A stretch of DNA of 32,000 bases, from positions 180,001 to 212,000 of the forward strand of contig NC_016893.1 of NCBI RefSeq assembly GCF_000247565.1, in the 5' to 3' direction. Position 1 is the first letter of the stretch, and each line of letters begins with the position of its first letter. Below the pieces are notes generated by a model. It did no database searches. It worked only from the letters and a program-made list of their open reading frames with translations, and was not told the origin of the DNA. The translations under genes and the position numbers were made by a program. This DNA is from Wigglesworthia glossinidia endosymbiont of Glossina morsitans morsitans (Yale colony). GTDB lineage: Bacteria; Pseudomonadota; Gammaproteobacteria; Enterobacterales; Enterobacteriaceae. Shown one piece after another: positions 21,427 through 32,000 of this stretch.

Positions 21427-21836
21427 TACATCACCATTTTTGTAACAAATGTAGTTGTAATGGGAAGTTTTGCTGTTGCTAATTTAAATGCTGATCGTGC
21501 TATTTCTTCCGAAACATCATCTATTTCATACAGTATTTTTCCAGGTTGTACTAAAGCTACCCAATATTCTACATTTCCTTTTCCTTTACCCATACGTACT
21601 TCAAGTGGTTTTTTTGTAATCGGTTTATCTGGAAATACACAAATCCAAATTTTTCCTTGCCTTTTAATTGATCTTGCCATCGCTCTACGTGCAGATTCTA
21701 TTTGACGTGATGTTAATCTTCCACGATCAATAGCTTTCAATCCAAATTTTCCAAAATTAATTTTAGAATTTATTGATAATCCTTTGTTGCGACCTTTTTG
21801 CATTTTTCTAAATTTCGTACGTTTTGGTTGTAACAT
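21426..21836 (-). CDS. rplP: 50S ribosomal protein L16
   Basis: 136 aa; [19 protein letters not shown]. Confidence 0.98.
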   Translation of the reverse strand: MLQPKRTKFRKMQKGRNKGLSINSKINFGKFGLKAIDRGRLTSRQIESARRAMARSIKRQGKIWICVFPDKPITKKPLEVRMGKGKGNVEYWVALVQPGKILYEIDDVSEEIARSAFKLATAKLPITTTFVTKMVM

Positions 21837-21849
21837 GAAAACATTCCTT

Positions 21850-22551
21850 TTATTTTCTAACTTTTCGATAAATGTTTTTTTTAGATATATTAGGCATTTC
21901 TTGTTTTTTATATGGTGATATGCTACCTAACACTTCTCCTTTAAAAATTGAAACTTTTATACCAATAATTCCATATGTTGTATGCGCTTCAGATGTGCTA
22001 TAATCAATGTTTGCACGAAAAGTGTGTAGGGGCACTCTACCTTCTCTATACCATTCTGTACGAGCAATTTCTGAACCTCCTAATCTACCGCTAACTTCTA
22101 CTTTAATACCTTTTGCGCCTAATCTCATAGCATTTTGAACAGCACGCTTCATTGCTCTACGAAACATAATTCTTCTTTCTAATTGTGATGCAATACTGTC
22201 AGATACTAATTTTGCATCAAGCTCTGGTCTTTTAATTTCAGTAATACTAATTTGTGCTGGAACTCCGGTTATAGTAGAAATTTTTTTTCTAAGTTTTTCT
22301 ACATCTTCTCCTTTTTTTCCGATTACTATTCCAGGTCTTGCTGTATATATATTTACACGAATACTTTTTGCTGGGCGTTCAATAATTAATTTAGATATGG
22401 ATGCTTTTAACAAAGTTTTGTTAAGAAATGTCCGCACTTTAAAGTCGCTAGCTAGGTTTTTTGCAAATTCTTTAGTATTTGCATACCATGTAGAACGCCA
22501 TGATTGAATAATTCCCAATCTAATTCCATTTGGATTAACTTTTTGACCCAT
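21850..22551 (-). CDS. rpsC: 30S ribosomal protein S3
   Basis: 233 aa; [25 protein letters not shown]. Confidence 0.98.
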   Translation of the reverse strand: MGQKVNPNGIRLGIIQSWRSTWYANTKEFAKNLASDFKVRTFLNKTLLKASISKLIIERPAKSIRVNIYTARPGIVIGKKGEDVEKLRKKISTITGVPAQISITEIKRPELDAKLVSDSIASQLERRIMFRRAMKRAVQNAMRLGAKGIKVEVSGRLGGSEIARTEWYREGRVPLHTFRANIDYSTSEAHTTYGIIGIKVSIFKGEVLGSISPYKKQEMPNISKKNIYRKVRK

Positions 22552-22563
22552 AAGTATAATCTC

Positions 22564-22902
22564 CTAAACTTTTTTTTCAGATAAAGCGATTGTAATATGA
22601 CTGGTACGTTTTAAAATTCTGTCTGAACGACCCTTAGCACGTGGCATAACGCGTTTCATACTAGGACCAACATTAACGTATATTTTTTTTATTTTTAAAT
22701 TTTTTATATTTATACCTTCGTTATGTTCCGCATTTGCAATAGCAGATTTTAATACTTTTTTTATCAAATTAGCTGATTTTTTTTTAGAAAATTTTAGTAT
22801 TTTTAAAGCTTTCGAGGCATCGTTTCCTCGAATTAAATTGGCAACTAAGCGTATTTTTTGTGCTGAAGATCTAGCATAACGATGATGAGAATATACTTCC
22901 AT
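22564..22902 (-). CDS. rplV: 50S ribosomal protein L22
   Basis: 112 aa; [18 protein letters not shown]...[24 protein letters not shown]. Confidence 0.98.
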   Translation of the reverse strand: MEVYSHHRYARSSAQKIRLVANLIRGNDASKALKILKFSKKKSANLIKKVLKSAIANAEHNEGINIKNLKIKKIYVNVGPSMKRVMPRAKGRSDRILKRTSHITIALSEKKV

Positions 22903-22912
22903 AGATAGCTCC

Positions 22913-23191
22913 TTAGCGCTTTTTTATTTTTTTATCAGCAGAATGCCCACGATAAGTTCTAGTCGGTACAAATTCGCCTAATTTATGTCCTACCATTTCT
23001 TCTCCTATGAAAATAGGGACGTGTTGTTTGCCGTTATGAACTGCAATTGTCATTCCGATCATAGATGGAAATATAGTAGAACGCCGTGACCATGTGCGAA
23101 TCGGATTTTTTTTTTCAGATGTTTGCATTTTTTCTATTTTCTTTAATAAATGAAAATCTATAAATGGTCCTTTTTTTAAAGAACGAGGCAT
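22913..23191 (-). CDS. rpsS: 30S ribosomal protein S19 (ORF track extends to 23344; ATG at 23189-23191 gives the canonical 92 aa)
   Basis: [22 protein letters not shown]...[21 protein letters not shown]; upstream extension only overlaps rplB antiphase. Confidence 0.96.
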   Translation of the reverse strand: MPRSLKKGPFIDFHLLKKIEKMQTSEKKNPIRTWSRRSTIFPSMIGMTIAVHNGKQHVPIFIGEEMVGHKLGEFVPTRTYRGHSADKKIKKR

Positions 23192-23207
23192 ATTTATTAA
23201 ATCCTTG

Positions 23208-24038
23208 TTATTGTTTTTTTGATTTTCTATGATGCAATATGTATTGCTCGGTACGTTTGTTTCTTCTTGTTTTTTTCCCTTTAGTTTGAACTCCCCATGG
23301 AGAGACTGGATGTTTTCCGAAATTTCTTCCTTCTCCTCCACCATGTGGATGATCTACCGGGTTCATAGCTGTTCCTCGAACAGTTGGTCTAATACCTCTC
23401 CAACGTTTTGCTCCTGCTTTTCCGAGAGAAATTAGCATATGTTTATCATTTCCGACTTCTCCGAATGTTGCTCTGCATTTATTGAAAACTTTACGTGTTT
23501 CACCTGATCTTAATCGAATAATAACATAATTTTTTTCGTGCGTAATAATCTGCACATATGATCCTGCTGATCGCGCTATCTGTCCGCCTTTACCTAATTT
23601 TAATTCTACATTGTGTACAATTGATCCTGCTGGAAATAATTTCATTGGTAATGCGTTTCCGATCTTTATTGGTGCATTTATACCGGATTGAACTTTATCC
23701 CCAATATGAAGATCTTTTGCTGCAAGAATATATTTTTTTTCTCCATCTTGATATACAACAAGAGCTATATGTGACGATCGATTTGGATCGTACTCTAATC
23801 GTGCTACTTTTCCAACAATGTTATCTTTAGTACGTTTGAAATCAATTATTCGATATTTTTTTTTATGACCTCCTCCGATGTGTCTTGTAGTAATATGTCC
23901 TTGATTGTTTCGGCCTCCAGATTTATTTAATTTTTTAGTTAATTTAGATATTGATTTACCTTTATATAAATTTGAATTTACTATTTTTACAGTGTGTCGA
24001 CGACTGGGAGTGGTGGGCTTACATTTATTTAATGTCAT
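23208..24038 (-). CDS. rplB: 50S ribosomal protein L2
   Basis: 276 aa; [17 protein letters not shown]...[49 protein letters not shown]. Confidence 0.98.
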   Translation of the reverse strand: MTLNKCKPTTPSRRHTVKIVNSNLYKGKSISKLTKKLNKSGGRNNQGHITTRHIGGGHKKKYRIIDFKRTKDNIVGKVARLEYDPNRSSHIALVVYQDGEKKYILAAKDLHIGDKVQSGINAPIKIGNALPMKLFPAGSIVHNVELKLGKGGQIARSAGSYVQIITHEKNYVIIRLRSGETRKVFNKCRATFGEVGNDKHMLISLGKAGAKRWRGIRPTVRGTAMNPVDHPHGGGEGRNFGKHPVSPWGVQTKGKKTRRNKRTEQYILHHRKSKKQ

Positions 24039-24053
24039 TAAAATATACCAAGT

Positions 24054-24356
24054 TTATTCGATATTTTTCATAGTTTTAATATTTTGATTTTTTTCAAAAA
24101 TTATATAAGCTTTTTTCCAATTTTTTCTTTTACCAGAAAAATTTTTATATTTTTTTTGTTTACCTTTAATTGTTAATGTCTTAACAGATTTTGGTTGTAT
24201 ATTAAAAATTTTTTTAATAGAATCTCTTATTTCTGATTTTTTTGCATTTTTTAATACTTTAAAAGTAACAATATTATACTTTTCAGAAAGTATTGATGAT
24301 TTTTCTGAAGAATATGAAGATTTTAGTATTTTGAGAATACGTTCTTGATAATTCAT
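24054..24356 (-). CDS. rplW: 50S ribosomal protein L23
   Basis: 100 aa; ERILKILKSSYSSEKSSILSEKYNIVTFKVLKNAKKSEI. Confidence 0.95.
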   Translation of the reverse strand: MNYQERILKILKSSYSSEKSSILSEKYNIVTFKVLKNAKKSEIRDSIKKIFNIQPKSVKTLTIKGKQKKYKNFSGKRKNWKKAYIIFEKNQNIKTMKNIE

Positions 24357-24958
24357 GTTAGCATTGCCTCAAATTTTTTTACAGCATCTTCTGTAATAAG
24401 AACTTTTTTATGTGTAATTAAGTTAATGAGATTTAATTTTATTGGATCAGAAACATTTATTTTATGTAAGTTACGTGAAGCTAAAATCAAATTTTTATCT
24501 ATTTTATCAGATATAATTAAAACATTTTTTAATCCCATATACTGCAATTTTTTTGATAAATTTTTTGTTTTTTCAGATTCTACAAAAAAATTTTTTACTA
24601 ATATTAGTCTATTTTGTCTTAATAATTCTGACAATATACTTTTTAAAGCGCTTTGATACATTTTTTTATTAATTTTTTGTTTATAGCTTCTTGTTTTTTT
24701 TGCAAATGTAACTCCTCCGGATCTCCAAATTGGACTTTTTGTACTTCCTGCTCTTGCTCGACCAGTTCCTTTTTGACGCCAAGGTTTTTTTCCAGAACCA
24801 GTTATATCGGATCGACTTTTTTGTACACTGGTACCTTGACGTTGAGTATTTTGAGAAGAATTAATTACTTGATGTATAAGTGGTTCATTAAATTTAAGTC
24901 CAAATATTTTTTCGGAAAGATTAATTTTTTCTTTTGTGTCTACGCATATGATCTCCAT
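24353..24958 (-). CDS. rplD: 50S ribosomal protein L4
   Basis: 201 aa; RQGTSVQKSRSDITGSGKKPWRQKGTGRARAGSTKSPIWRSGGVTF. Confidence 0.98.
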   Translation of the reverse strand: MEIICVDTKEKINLSEKIFGLKFNEPLIHQVINSSQNTQRQGTSVQKSRSDITGSGKKPWRQKGTGRARAGSTKSPIWRSGGVTFAKKTRSYKQKINKKMYQSALKSILSELLRQNRLILVKNFFVESEKTKNLSKKLQYMGLKNVLIISDKIDKNLILASRNLHKINVSDPIKLNLINLITHKKVLITEDAVKKFEAMLT

Positions 24959-24975
24959 TACATAATCCTTTGATC

Positions 24976-25632
24976 CTACAATTTAATATCATGATCATTC
25001 GAAAAATATTTTACAGCTGGTTTAATAATTAAATCTGACTTATTAAAACCAGGAACAGATCCTCTAACTAATAATAATTCATTTTTTACGTCTATTTTTA
25101 TGATAACTATGTTTTGAATTGTAATTTTATTACATCCAAGTTGTCCGGACATTTTTTTGCCTTTAAATACTTTTCCTGGTGTTTGATTTTGTCCGATAGA
25201 TCCTGGAGCTCTATGAGACAAAGAATTTCCATGAGAAGCGTCTTGTCCGCTAAAGTTCCATCGCTTCATTGTACCAGAGAATCCTTTACCTTTAGATATA
25301 CCTGTAATGTCAACTTTTTTTGTTTTGTTTAAATTTTCTATAGAAAATTTTTGTCCTACATGTAAGTCATGATTTTTATTTATTCGAAATTCCCACAATC
25401 CTCTCCCTAAAGATATATTCGCCTTTTTAAAATGACCGATAATTGATTTATTAATATTTTTAGAATTTTTTATTCCTGTAGTAATCTGAATCGCTGAATA
25501 TTTGTCATTTTGCATGTTTTTGATTTGTACTATTCGATTTTCATGAATTTGAATTACTGTTACTGGAATGATTTGACCCTGCGCATTAAATATTTGAGTC
25601 ATACCTATTTTACGTCCAACTAGACCGTACAT
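24976..25632 (-). CDS. rplC: 50S ribosomal protein L3
   Basis: 218 aa; [24 protein letters not shown]...[29 protein letters not shown]-like core. Confidence 0.97.
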   Translation of the reverse strand: MYGLVGRKIGMTQIFNAQGQIIPVTVIQIHENRIVQIKNMQNDKYSAIQITTGIKNSKNINKSIIGHFKKANISLGRGLWEFRINKNHDLHVGQKFSIENLNKTKKVDITGISKGKGFSGTMKRWNFSGQDASHGNSLSHRAPGSIGQNQTPGKVFKGKKMSGQLGCNKITIQNIVIIKIDVKNELLLVRGSVPGFNKSDLIIKPAVKYFSNDHDIKL

Positions 25633-25665
25633 ATTGAATTATCCTTTGTAATTTTAATATTTTAT

Positions 25666-26067
<402 letters not shown>

Positions 26068-26604
26068 TTATAAAATGTTAATTTTATCAAAATTAACATG
26101 TATTTAATGCAAAAAGTTAGTTAATCAAAATATAAAAATTTTATTTTTATAATTAAATGTAACTGCAATCTCAATAAGAATCAAGATCTATTTAAAGATT
26201 TTATTTTTTTGTTTACTAAGTAAAAATTTATTTATTTTTTTAATTAAAAGATGTCTTTTTTTGTTACAATATCAATTGTTATTTATTAATCTATTATTTA
26301 ATATTGTTTTAAATAAATTTTACATTATGATACCTTTATTTCATTAAAGTATTTATTAAATTTTTTGTAAAATATAAAATAAACAAAAAATTTCATTTTT
26401 TTTAATAAGTTTTTACATAAAATTAATAAAAATTAAAACATTTTACCTTGTGTTTCTATACGTATAAGTATTTGTACGATAAAATTTTATGCAATAAAAA
26501 ATTTAATTTTTTAAGCGACAGTCAATTCGATTTTTTATGTAATTAAGTATATAATGAATAATTATTTAATACTTTATATATTTTATAGTACTTGAGATAT
26601 TTTT

Positions 26605-27036
26605 ATGCAAAAATTGATTTATTTCATAGAACATCATACTATACTTTTTTTAGTCTGGCTATCCTTTCTTATCTTATTATTATTCAATTTTATACAAAAC
26701 AAAATAAATAAAATGCATGTAATATCCAAACATTCCGCTATTACTTTAATGAATCGTCGTCATGCAATTGTAATTGATTTAAGAAATCCAGAAGACTATT
26801 CTAATGGACATATTATAAATAGTTTAAATTTAAATTTTGATCATATTAAAACAAAAATTCTTGATAAAAAAAATAGTAGCAAAAAAACATTAATTTTAGT
26901 TTGTGAAAATGGAAAACTATCAAAAAAAATTTTCAAAAAAATTAACAAAATTCTTCAATCAAAAAATTTTAAAATATACATTTTAGAAGATGGTATAAAT
27001 GGATGGAAATTAGATAATTTACCGTTAATAAAATAA
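26605..27036 (+). CDS. yibN: membrane-anchored rhodanese-domain protein YibN
   Basis: 143 aa; N-terminal TM (ILFLVWLSFLILLLFNF), VIDLRNPEDYSNGHIINSLNL, LVCENGK active loop; adjacent to grxC/gpsA as in E. coli. Confidence 0.88.
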   Translation: MQKLIYFIEHHTILFLVWLSFLILLLFNFIQNKINKMHVISKHSAITLMNRRHAIVIDLRNPEDYSNGHIINSLNLNFDHIKTKILDKKNSSKKTLILVCENGKLSKKIFKKINKILQSKNFKIYILEDGINGWKLDNLPLIK

Positions 27037-27061
27037 TAAAATGATACGAGATATTTAAATT

Positions 27062-27304
27062 ATGTATATAGCTCAAATATATTTAAAACACTCCTGTCCT
27101 TATTGTAAGGAAGCTAAATTACTTTTAAAAAAACATAATATTTTTTATAAAGAAATTGATATTGAATTAAACAAAATTTATCTATTAGAAATGATTAAAA
27201 AAAGTAATCGAAAAACTGTTCCTCAAATTTTTATTAATAAAAAACATATTGGAGGTTATGATGATTTATGTATTCTTTTAAAAGAAAACAATTTATTTAA
27301 ATAA
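27062..27304 (+). CDS. grxC: glutaredoxin 3
   Basis: 80 aa; YLKHSCPYCKEAKLLL, KTVPQIFINKKHIGGYDDL. Confidence 0.94.
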   Translation: MYIAQIYLKHSCPYCKEAKLLLKKHNIFYKEIDIELNKIYLLEMIKKSNRKTVPQIFINKKHIGGYDDLCILLKENNLFK

Positions 27305-27484
27305 ATTATAATTACTAAATTTCAACTATAGAATGTCGTAATTTTTTCTATATAAAAATTTTATCTAAAATTATTTAATAAACAAATATAATATATCTAT
27401 AAGAAAATTATACAATAAAAATGTGTATTTAAATAATATAAATTAAAAATTTTACTTAATTTTTTGATATAAAAGGAATAAATT

Positions 27485-28486
27485 TTGAGTAATTGTGCAA
27501 TTACTGTTATCGGATCTGGAGCATATGGAACAGCTTTAGCAATTATTTTGTCTAAAAATAAAAATACAGTTTTTTTATGGGGTAGAAATCAAAAACATAT
27601 GCAATCTTTAAAATTAAACCGTTGTAATAAAAAATTTCTACCTAAAATATTTTTTCCTCCGACATTAAATATTATATTTTCATTAAAACATGCTCTGTTA
27701 TCGAGCGATACAATTTTAATTGCAGTACCGAGTAGTGCCTTTAAAGATACTTTAATTAAAATAAAACCATTTCTGCGTATCAACGCATGCGTAATTTGGG
27801 GAACAAAAGGTTTAGAACCAAAAACAGGTAGATTGTTGCAAGAAGTAGCTCAAGAAATTTTAGGAAAAAAAATTTGCTTATCTGTGATATCAGGACCAAC
27901 GTTTGCATATTATTTAGCTATTGGATTACCTACAGCGATGGTTTTAGCCAGCAATTGTGAAAAAAAATGTAAAAATTTAATTAGTAAATTAAATTGTAAT
28001 AAACATTTAAAAATATGCAGCAGCTCCGATTTAATTGGAGTTCAGTTAGGAGGAGTGATTAAAAATGTTATTGCTATTGCATCAGGAATGTCAGATGGTA
28101 TTGGAATGGGACCAAATGCAAGAACTGCATTAATTACTCAAGGATTATTAGAAATGTCTAATTTAGGAAAAATAATGGGTGCCCAAAAATGTACGTTTAT
28201 GGGTATGTCTGGAGTAGGTGATTTAATACTTACTTGCACAGAAAATCAATCACGAAACCGTCGTTTTGGTATGCTATTAGCTCAAGGATATACTATAGAA
28301 GCAGCAAAATTAAAAATTGGACAAGTTATAGAAGGATATGAAAACATTCGAGAAATTTTAATGCTATCTTCTAGATATAGCATAGAAATGCCTATTGTAG
28401 AACAAGTTTATCAAGTATTATATTTAAATAAAACAGTAAAAAAATCAGCTTTAAAGTTACTTTCAAGAATTAGAGTATATAAATAG
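27485..28486 (+). CDS. gpsA: NAD(P)-dependent glycerol-3-phosphate dehydrogenase
   Basis: 333 aa; TTG start; VIGSGAYGTALAIILSKN, SGPTFAYYLAIGLPTA, GVGDLILTCT. Confidence 0.96.
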   Translation: MSNCAITVIGSGAYGTALAIILSKNKNTVFLWGRNQKHMQSLKLNRCNKKFLPKIFFPPTLNIIFSLKHALLSSDTILIAVPSSAFKDTLIKIKPFLRINACVIWGTKGLEPKTGRLLQEVAQEILGKKICLSVISGPTFAYYLAIGLPTAMVLASNCEKKCKNLISKLNCNKHLKICSSSDLIGVQLGGVIKNVIAIASGMSDGIGMGPNARTALITQGLLEMSNLGKIMGAQKCTFMGMSGVGDLILTCTENQSRNRRFGMLLAQGYTIEAAKLKIGQVIEGYENIREILMLSSRYSIEMPIVEQVYQVLYLNKTVKKSALKLLSRIRVYK

Positions 28487-28550
28487 AATTGCATTTAAAT
28501 TAATAATTTTAAAAATTAGACATAAAGTTCTTAAGCAGATTGTTTTTTAA

Positions 28551-29525
28551 TTAAAGATTATGTTTCAGAGTTTTTTTATGTATTGTTGGGATAGAAATAA
28601 TTAATCTTAATCCTTTCAAAGGACCTTTGTCAATTTGAATATTTCCATTATGTTGAAGAATAACTTTTTTTGAAATTGTTAATCCTAAACCTATACCTCT
28701 ATTTTCAGAACGATTATTATCAATTGTGTAGAAAGGCTGAAAAACTTTTTCTCGTATATTTTTTTTAATTCCCGGACCATCATCGTCTACGATAATAACA
28801 ACCTGACTGTTTCGCATATAAAAAGCAACAGAGACTTTTTTATTAGAATATTCTATTGCATTTCTAATAATATTTTCTAGTGCACTTTCTAATGCATCTA
28901 AATCTCCTATTATATAACCTTGTTTAGGCAAAGAAATAATTTTTAAAATTTTTCCTTGTTTATCCGCTTCAAATTGCGAATTTACTAAAACATTATTCCA
29001 TAATGTACAAAGTTGTAATAAATTTTTAGAATTTTCTATTTGAATATGATTTCTTGATAAAATAAACAAATTTTTAATTATGTAGTCTAATCTATTTATT
29101 TCAATTTCAATGCGAGATGCTTCGAATACATCTCCGTATCGTCTTCTTATTAATGCTGTAATTAATTTTAATCGTGTCAGAGGTATACATAGCTCGTGCG
29201 AGATATCAGATAATAAGCATTTTTGCATATTTTCAGTGCAATCTAATGCATATATCATATTGTTAAATTTAATACCAATAGATAATATTGATTTTGGTCC
29301 ACGTTCTAATTCTGGAAATTTTTTACGATTACCTTTTGCAACTAAATTGATAGCATATTTAAATTTTTTTGTTATCTTAGATAAATTCCAATATATCCAG
29401 AATATTACAAGAACGTGTACTGCAATAATAAAAATAAAAAATTCAGTTGGATAATTTAAGATTAAATTAAAAAAGTTTGAAGAAATACTTTTAGTATTAA
29501 TAAAATATATTTGATTTTTTTGCAT
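28551..29525 (-). CDS. cpxA: CpxA-type sensor histidine kinase lacking the N-terminal TM1/periplasmic sensor region
   Basis: 324 aa; retains TM2, HAMP (NLSKITKKFKYAINLVAKGN), H-box DISHELCIPLTRLKL, N-box LENIIRNAIEYS, VDDDGPGI, GIGLGLTIS. Aligns by eye with CpxA starting near the end of the periplasmic domain. Confidence 0.9.
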   Translation of the reverse strand: MQKNQIYFINTKSISSNFFNLILNYPTEFFIFIIAVHVLVIFWIYWNLSKITKKFKYAINLVAKGNRKKFPELERGPKSILSIGIKFNNMIYALDCTENMQKCLLSDISHELCIPLTRLKLITALIRRRYGDVFEASRIEIEINRLDYIIKNLFILSRNHIQIENSKNLLQLCTLWNNVLVNSQFEADKQGKILKIISLPKQGYIIGDLDALESALENIIRNAIEYSNKKVSVAFYMRNSQVVIIVDDDGPGIKKNIREKVFQPFYTIDNNRSENRGIGLGLTISKKVILQHNGNIQIDKGPLKGLRLIISIPTIHKKTLKHNL

Positions 29526-29873
29526 ATCATGTATTATATATACAAAATTAGATTTAATTCTACAATTTAAGTTATTTTTTGATATATAAATGTAAATTAT
29601 ACTTACAATATAACATTTAATTATGTTTATACTATAATAGTATACTTTTTTATATAAAATAAAAAAATAATTTTGTGCATAATATTTTTTATAATATTAA
29701 ATATTTTTTTTAAAAAATTTTGAATTTCTCATAAAAATGTATGCGAAAAAATTTATAAAAATAATTTATAAAAATCTAAAACTTCTAATAAATTTTACAT
29801 TTTAAGTATTAACTTAAATTTATCATTTTATAACATAAATAACATATATAAACAAAAAATTAAACATGATTAA

Positions 29874-30575
29874 TTAAGTGGCAGATACCATTAAATATCC
29901 TTTGCCTCTAAGTGTTTTAAACCAAGGTCTTAAATCTTTTCTTGGAGGAAGTTTTTTTCTTAAATTAGAAATGTGCATATCAATTGCTCTATCAAAAGGA
30001 GTTAATTTTTTTCCCAAAACTTCTTGACTTAAATATTCTCTAGATACTACTTGACCTAAATTTTGTGCTAATAAGAATAATAACGAAAATTCTGTACCTG
30101 TTAAATCTAAATTAATATTTCCAAAGCACGCTTCTTGTCTTCCTGGATTGAGATTTAATAAATCAACAAATACAGATGATTGTTTACCGATAGTTTTTTG
30201 AGCAAACCAATATGAACGTCTTAAAATTGCCCTAATACGTGCTATTAGCTCGCGATCGTTAAATGGTTTTGTTAAATAGTCATCTGCTCCCAGTTCTAAT
30301 CCTAGAATACGATCTAATTCGCTGCCACGTGCAGTTAACATAATAATAGGTATATGATGCTTTTTTTGGCGAATTTCTTTTAAAGTATCTATTCCATTTT
30401 TCTTTGGCATCATGATATCTAAAAGTAACAAATCGATTGCATTATTCAATTTAGAAAGTGCTTGTTCTCCATCATATGCTACCTGTATTTCAAATCCTTC
30501 TAATTCTAATAGTTCTTTTAATAAATCAATCAATTCATGATCGTCATCTACCAAAAGTAGTTTATTCATATACAT
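29874..30575 (-). CDS. cpxR: CpxR response regulator
   Basis: 233 aa; KLLLVDDDHELIDLLKELLELEGF, DLLLLDIMMPKKNGIDTLKEIR, C-terminal winged-helix RPFDRAIDMHISNLR-like; full length. Confidence 0.96.
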   Translation of the reverse strand: MYMNKLLLVDDDHELIDLLKELLELEGFEIQVAYDGEQALSKLNNAIDLLLLDIMMPKKNGIDTLKEIRQKKHHIPIIMLTARGSELDRILGLELGADDYLTKPFNDRELIARIRAILRRSYWFAQKTIGKQSSVFVDLLNLNPGRQEACFGNINLDLTGTEFSLLFLLAQNLGQVVSREYLSQEVLGKKLTPFDRAIDMHISNLRKKLPPRKDLRPWFKTLRGKGYLMVSAT

Positions 30576-30813
30576 TTTCCCTATTATACATAATTAACGC
30601 ATTATAATATTTTATTTTCTTTAATATTGAAAATTTATATCAAATTAATAATTTTTTATAATTTACATAAATTAATTAAATATATAAAATATAGAACGTA
30701 TAAAAGTATGAGAATTTACAGGTTTAAAAAAAAATAAAATAAATATTAAATATAATAAAAAATATATTATATATAATAATATATTTTATTCAAAATTTTA
30801 ATTAAGTAAAAAA

Positions 30814-31386
30814 TTATTTATTAATTACTATTTCTGATTGATACAGATACTTAGAATGTTTTTTTTTATTATAAGGTCGAATAGCAGAACCTGTCAGTAA
30901 TTCAAAACTTACTGCTCCAATTAACATATTGGGACGTAGTCCTATTGGTAGCTTACCAGAATTGTAAAACTCTAATACAATTTGACCTGACCACCCAGGA
31001 TCAATTCTATGAGAAGTAGCATGTACCATTAATCCTAAGCGAGCTAATGAAGATTTTCCATCCAACCATCCAACTAAATTATCCGGCAAAGTAATATGTT
31101 CCACAGTTAACGCTAATACTAGTTCTTTTGGATGTAAAAAAAATATTTCTCCTTCATTAATTTCAATTTGATGAGTAATTTTTTGTTGCAACATATCGTG
31201 ATTATTTTTTGATGAAATAAGTTCAACATCAATATAATCTATTTTATATCCCGTAAAAATTTGAAATTTATTTGATAATTTTAAATCTACCGTAGCTCCA
31301 TTAATTCTATTTTTTGAAGGTCTTGGAATTATAACTAACTGATTTTTATTTAACCATTTTTCTATATCATGATCGCATAATCGCAT
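30814..31386 (-). CDS. dcd: dCTP deaminase
   Basis: 190 aa; [54 protein letters not shown]. Confidence 0.96.
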   Translation of the reverse strand: MRLCDHDIEKWLNKNQLVIIPRPSKNRINGATVDLKLSNKFQIFTGYKIDYIDVELISSKNNHDMLQQKITHQIEINEGEIFFLHPKELVLALTVEHITLPDNLVGWLDGKSSLARLGLMVHATSHRIDPGWSGQIVLEFYNSGKLPIGLRPNMLIGAVSFELLTGSAIRPYNKKKHSKYLYQSEIVINK

Positions 31387-31611
31387 AATTATCCTTAATC
31401 TTTATAATCAAAAAAAACAAATTTTAAACATATAATTTTATATATAAACATTAAACAATAATATTTTTAATATATTTTCAACTTAGATATTAACATGTCT
31501 TTATATAAAATATATACTGTATTAATAAATGTTATAAAATTTAAGCATATTAAATAAAAAATACACATCGTTTATTATTATAGTAAATAATTTTTAAATA
31601 ATTTTAATATT

Positions 31612-32000
31612 ATGAATACGAATAAAAAAATTTTGATCACTTGTGCTTTACCGTATGCTAACGGAGAATTACATATCGGACATATTTTAGAACATGTACA
31701 AGCTGATATTTGCGTAAGATATCATCGTATGAAAGGTCATGAAGTCTATTTCATTTCCGCTGATGACAGTCATGGTACTCCGATTATGTTGAAAGCTCAA
31801 AAAAATGGAATAGTTCCAGAAAAAATGATTTTAAAAATGTATAATAAACATAAAAAAGATCTACTAAAATTTAATATTTGTTATGATAAATATTATTTAA
31901 CACATAGTAAAGAAAATTATCGACTATGCATCCTAATATATAAAATTTTAAAAAAGAAAAAATTAATTATTGAGAAAGAAATTTTTCAATTGTATGACAT
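31612..32000 (+). CDS. metG: methionyl-tRNA synthetase (partial; 3' end beyond window)
   Basis: Manual translation from ATG 31612, absent from ORF track: [72 protein letters not shown]...; class I HIGH motif. Confidence 0.95.
   Translation, partial: MNTNKKILITCALPYANGELHIGHILEHVQADICVRYHRMKGHEVYFISADDSHGTPIMLKAQKNGIVPEKMILKMYNKHKKDLLKFNICYDKYYLTHSKENYRLCILIYKILKKKKLIIEKEIFQLYD

Noticed and set aside
22913-23344. N-terminally extended 143 aa S19
   Set aside because: The extra 51 residues are read from rplB DNA out of phase; canonical MPRSLKKG start at 23189-23191 is the parsimonious choice.

Overview
AT-rich, gene-dense window. It looks like a strongly reduced, host-associated gammaproteobacterial (Enterobacterales-like) chromosome; I make no species call. 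Reading minus strand unless noted, it contains:
- damX (partial, runs off the left edge), aroB, aroK
- pckA (+)
- der (split by a frameshift), bamB, yfgM, hisS, ispG, rodZ, rlmN, ndk
- the complete alpha/spc/S10 ribosomal superoperon in canonical order (rplQ-rpoA-rpsD-rpsK-rpsM-rpmJ-secY-rplO-rpmD-rpsE-rplR-rplF-rpsH-rpsN-rplE-rplX-rplN-rpsQ-rpmC-rplP-rpsC-rplV-rpsS-rplB-rplW-rplD-rplC-rpsJ)
- yibN, grxC, gpsA (+)
- cpxA, cpxR, dcd
- metG (+, partial, runs off the right edge)
I found no mobile elements, CRISPR arrays, tRNA/rRNA genes, defence systems or clearly novel gene clusters, and I do not claim a new system. The notable signals are genome-erosion features: (1) der is split by a one-base frame error inside a 10-A homopolymer, a possible polymerase-slippage gene; (2) the first GTPase domain of Der has lost its NKxD motif; (3) CpxA lacks its N-terminal TM/periplasmic sensor and has a T->I change in the HExxT phosphatase motif, beside a fully conserved CpxR; (4) BamB has no lipoprotein signal and the adjacent YfgM has a shortened C-terminus; (5) RodZ is cut down to its cytoplasmic HTH plus TM helix. 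Three genes absent from the ORF track (rpmJ, rpmD, partial damX) and the partial metG were recovered by manual reading.
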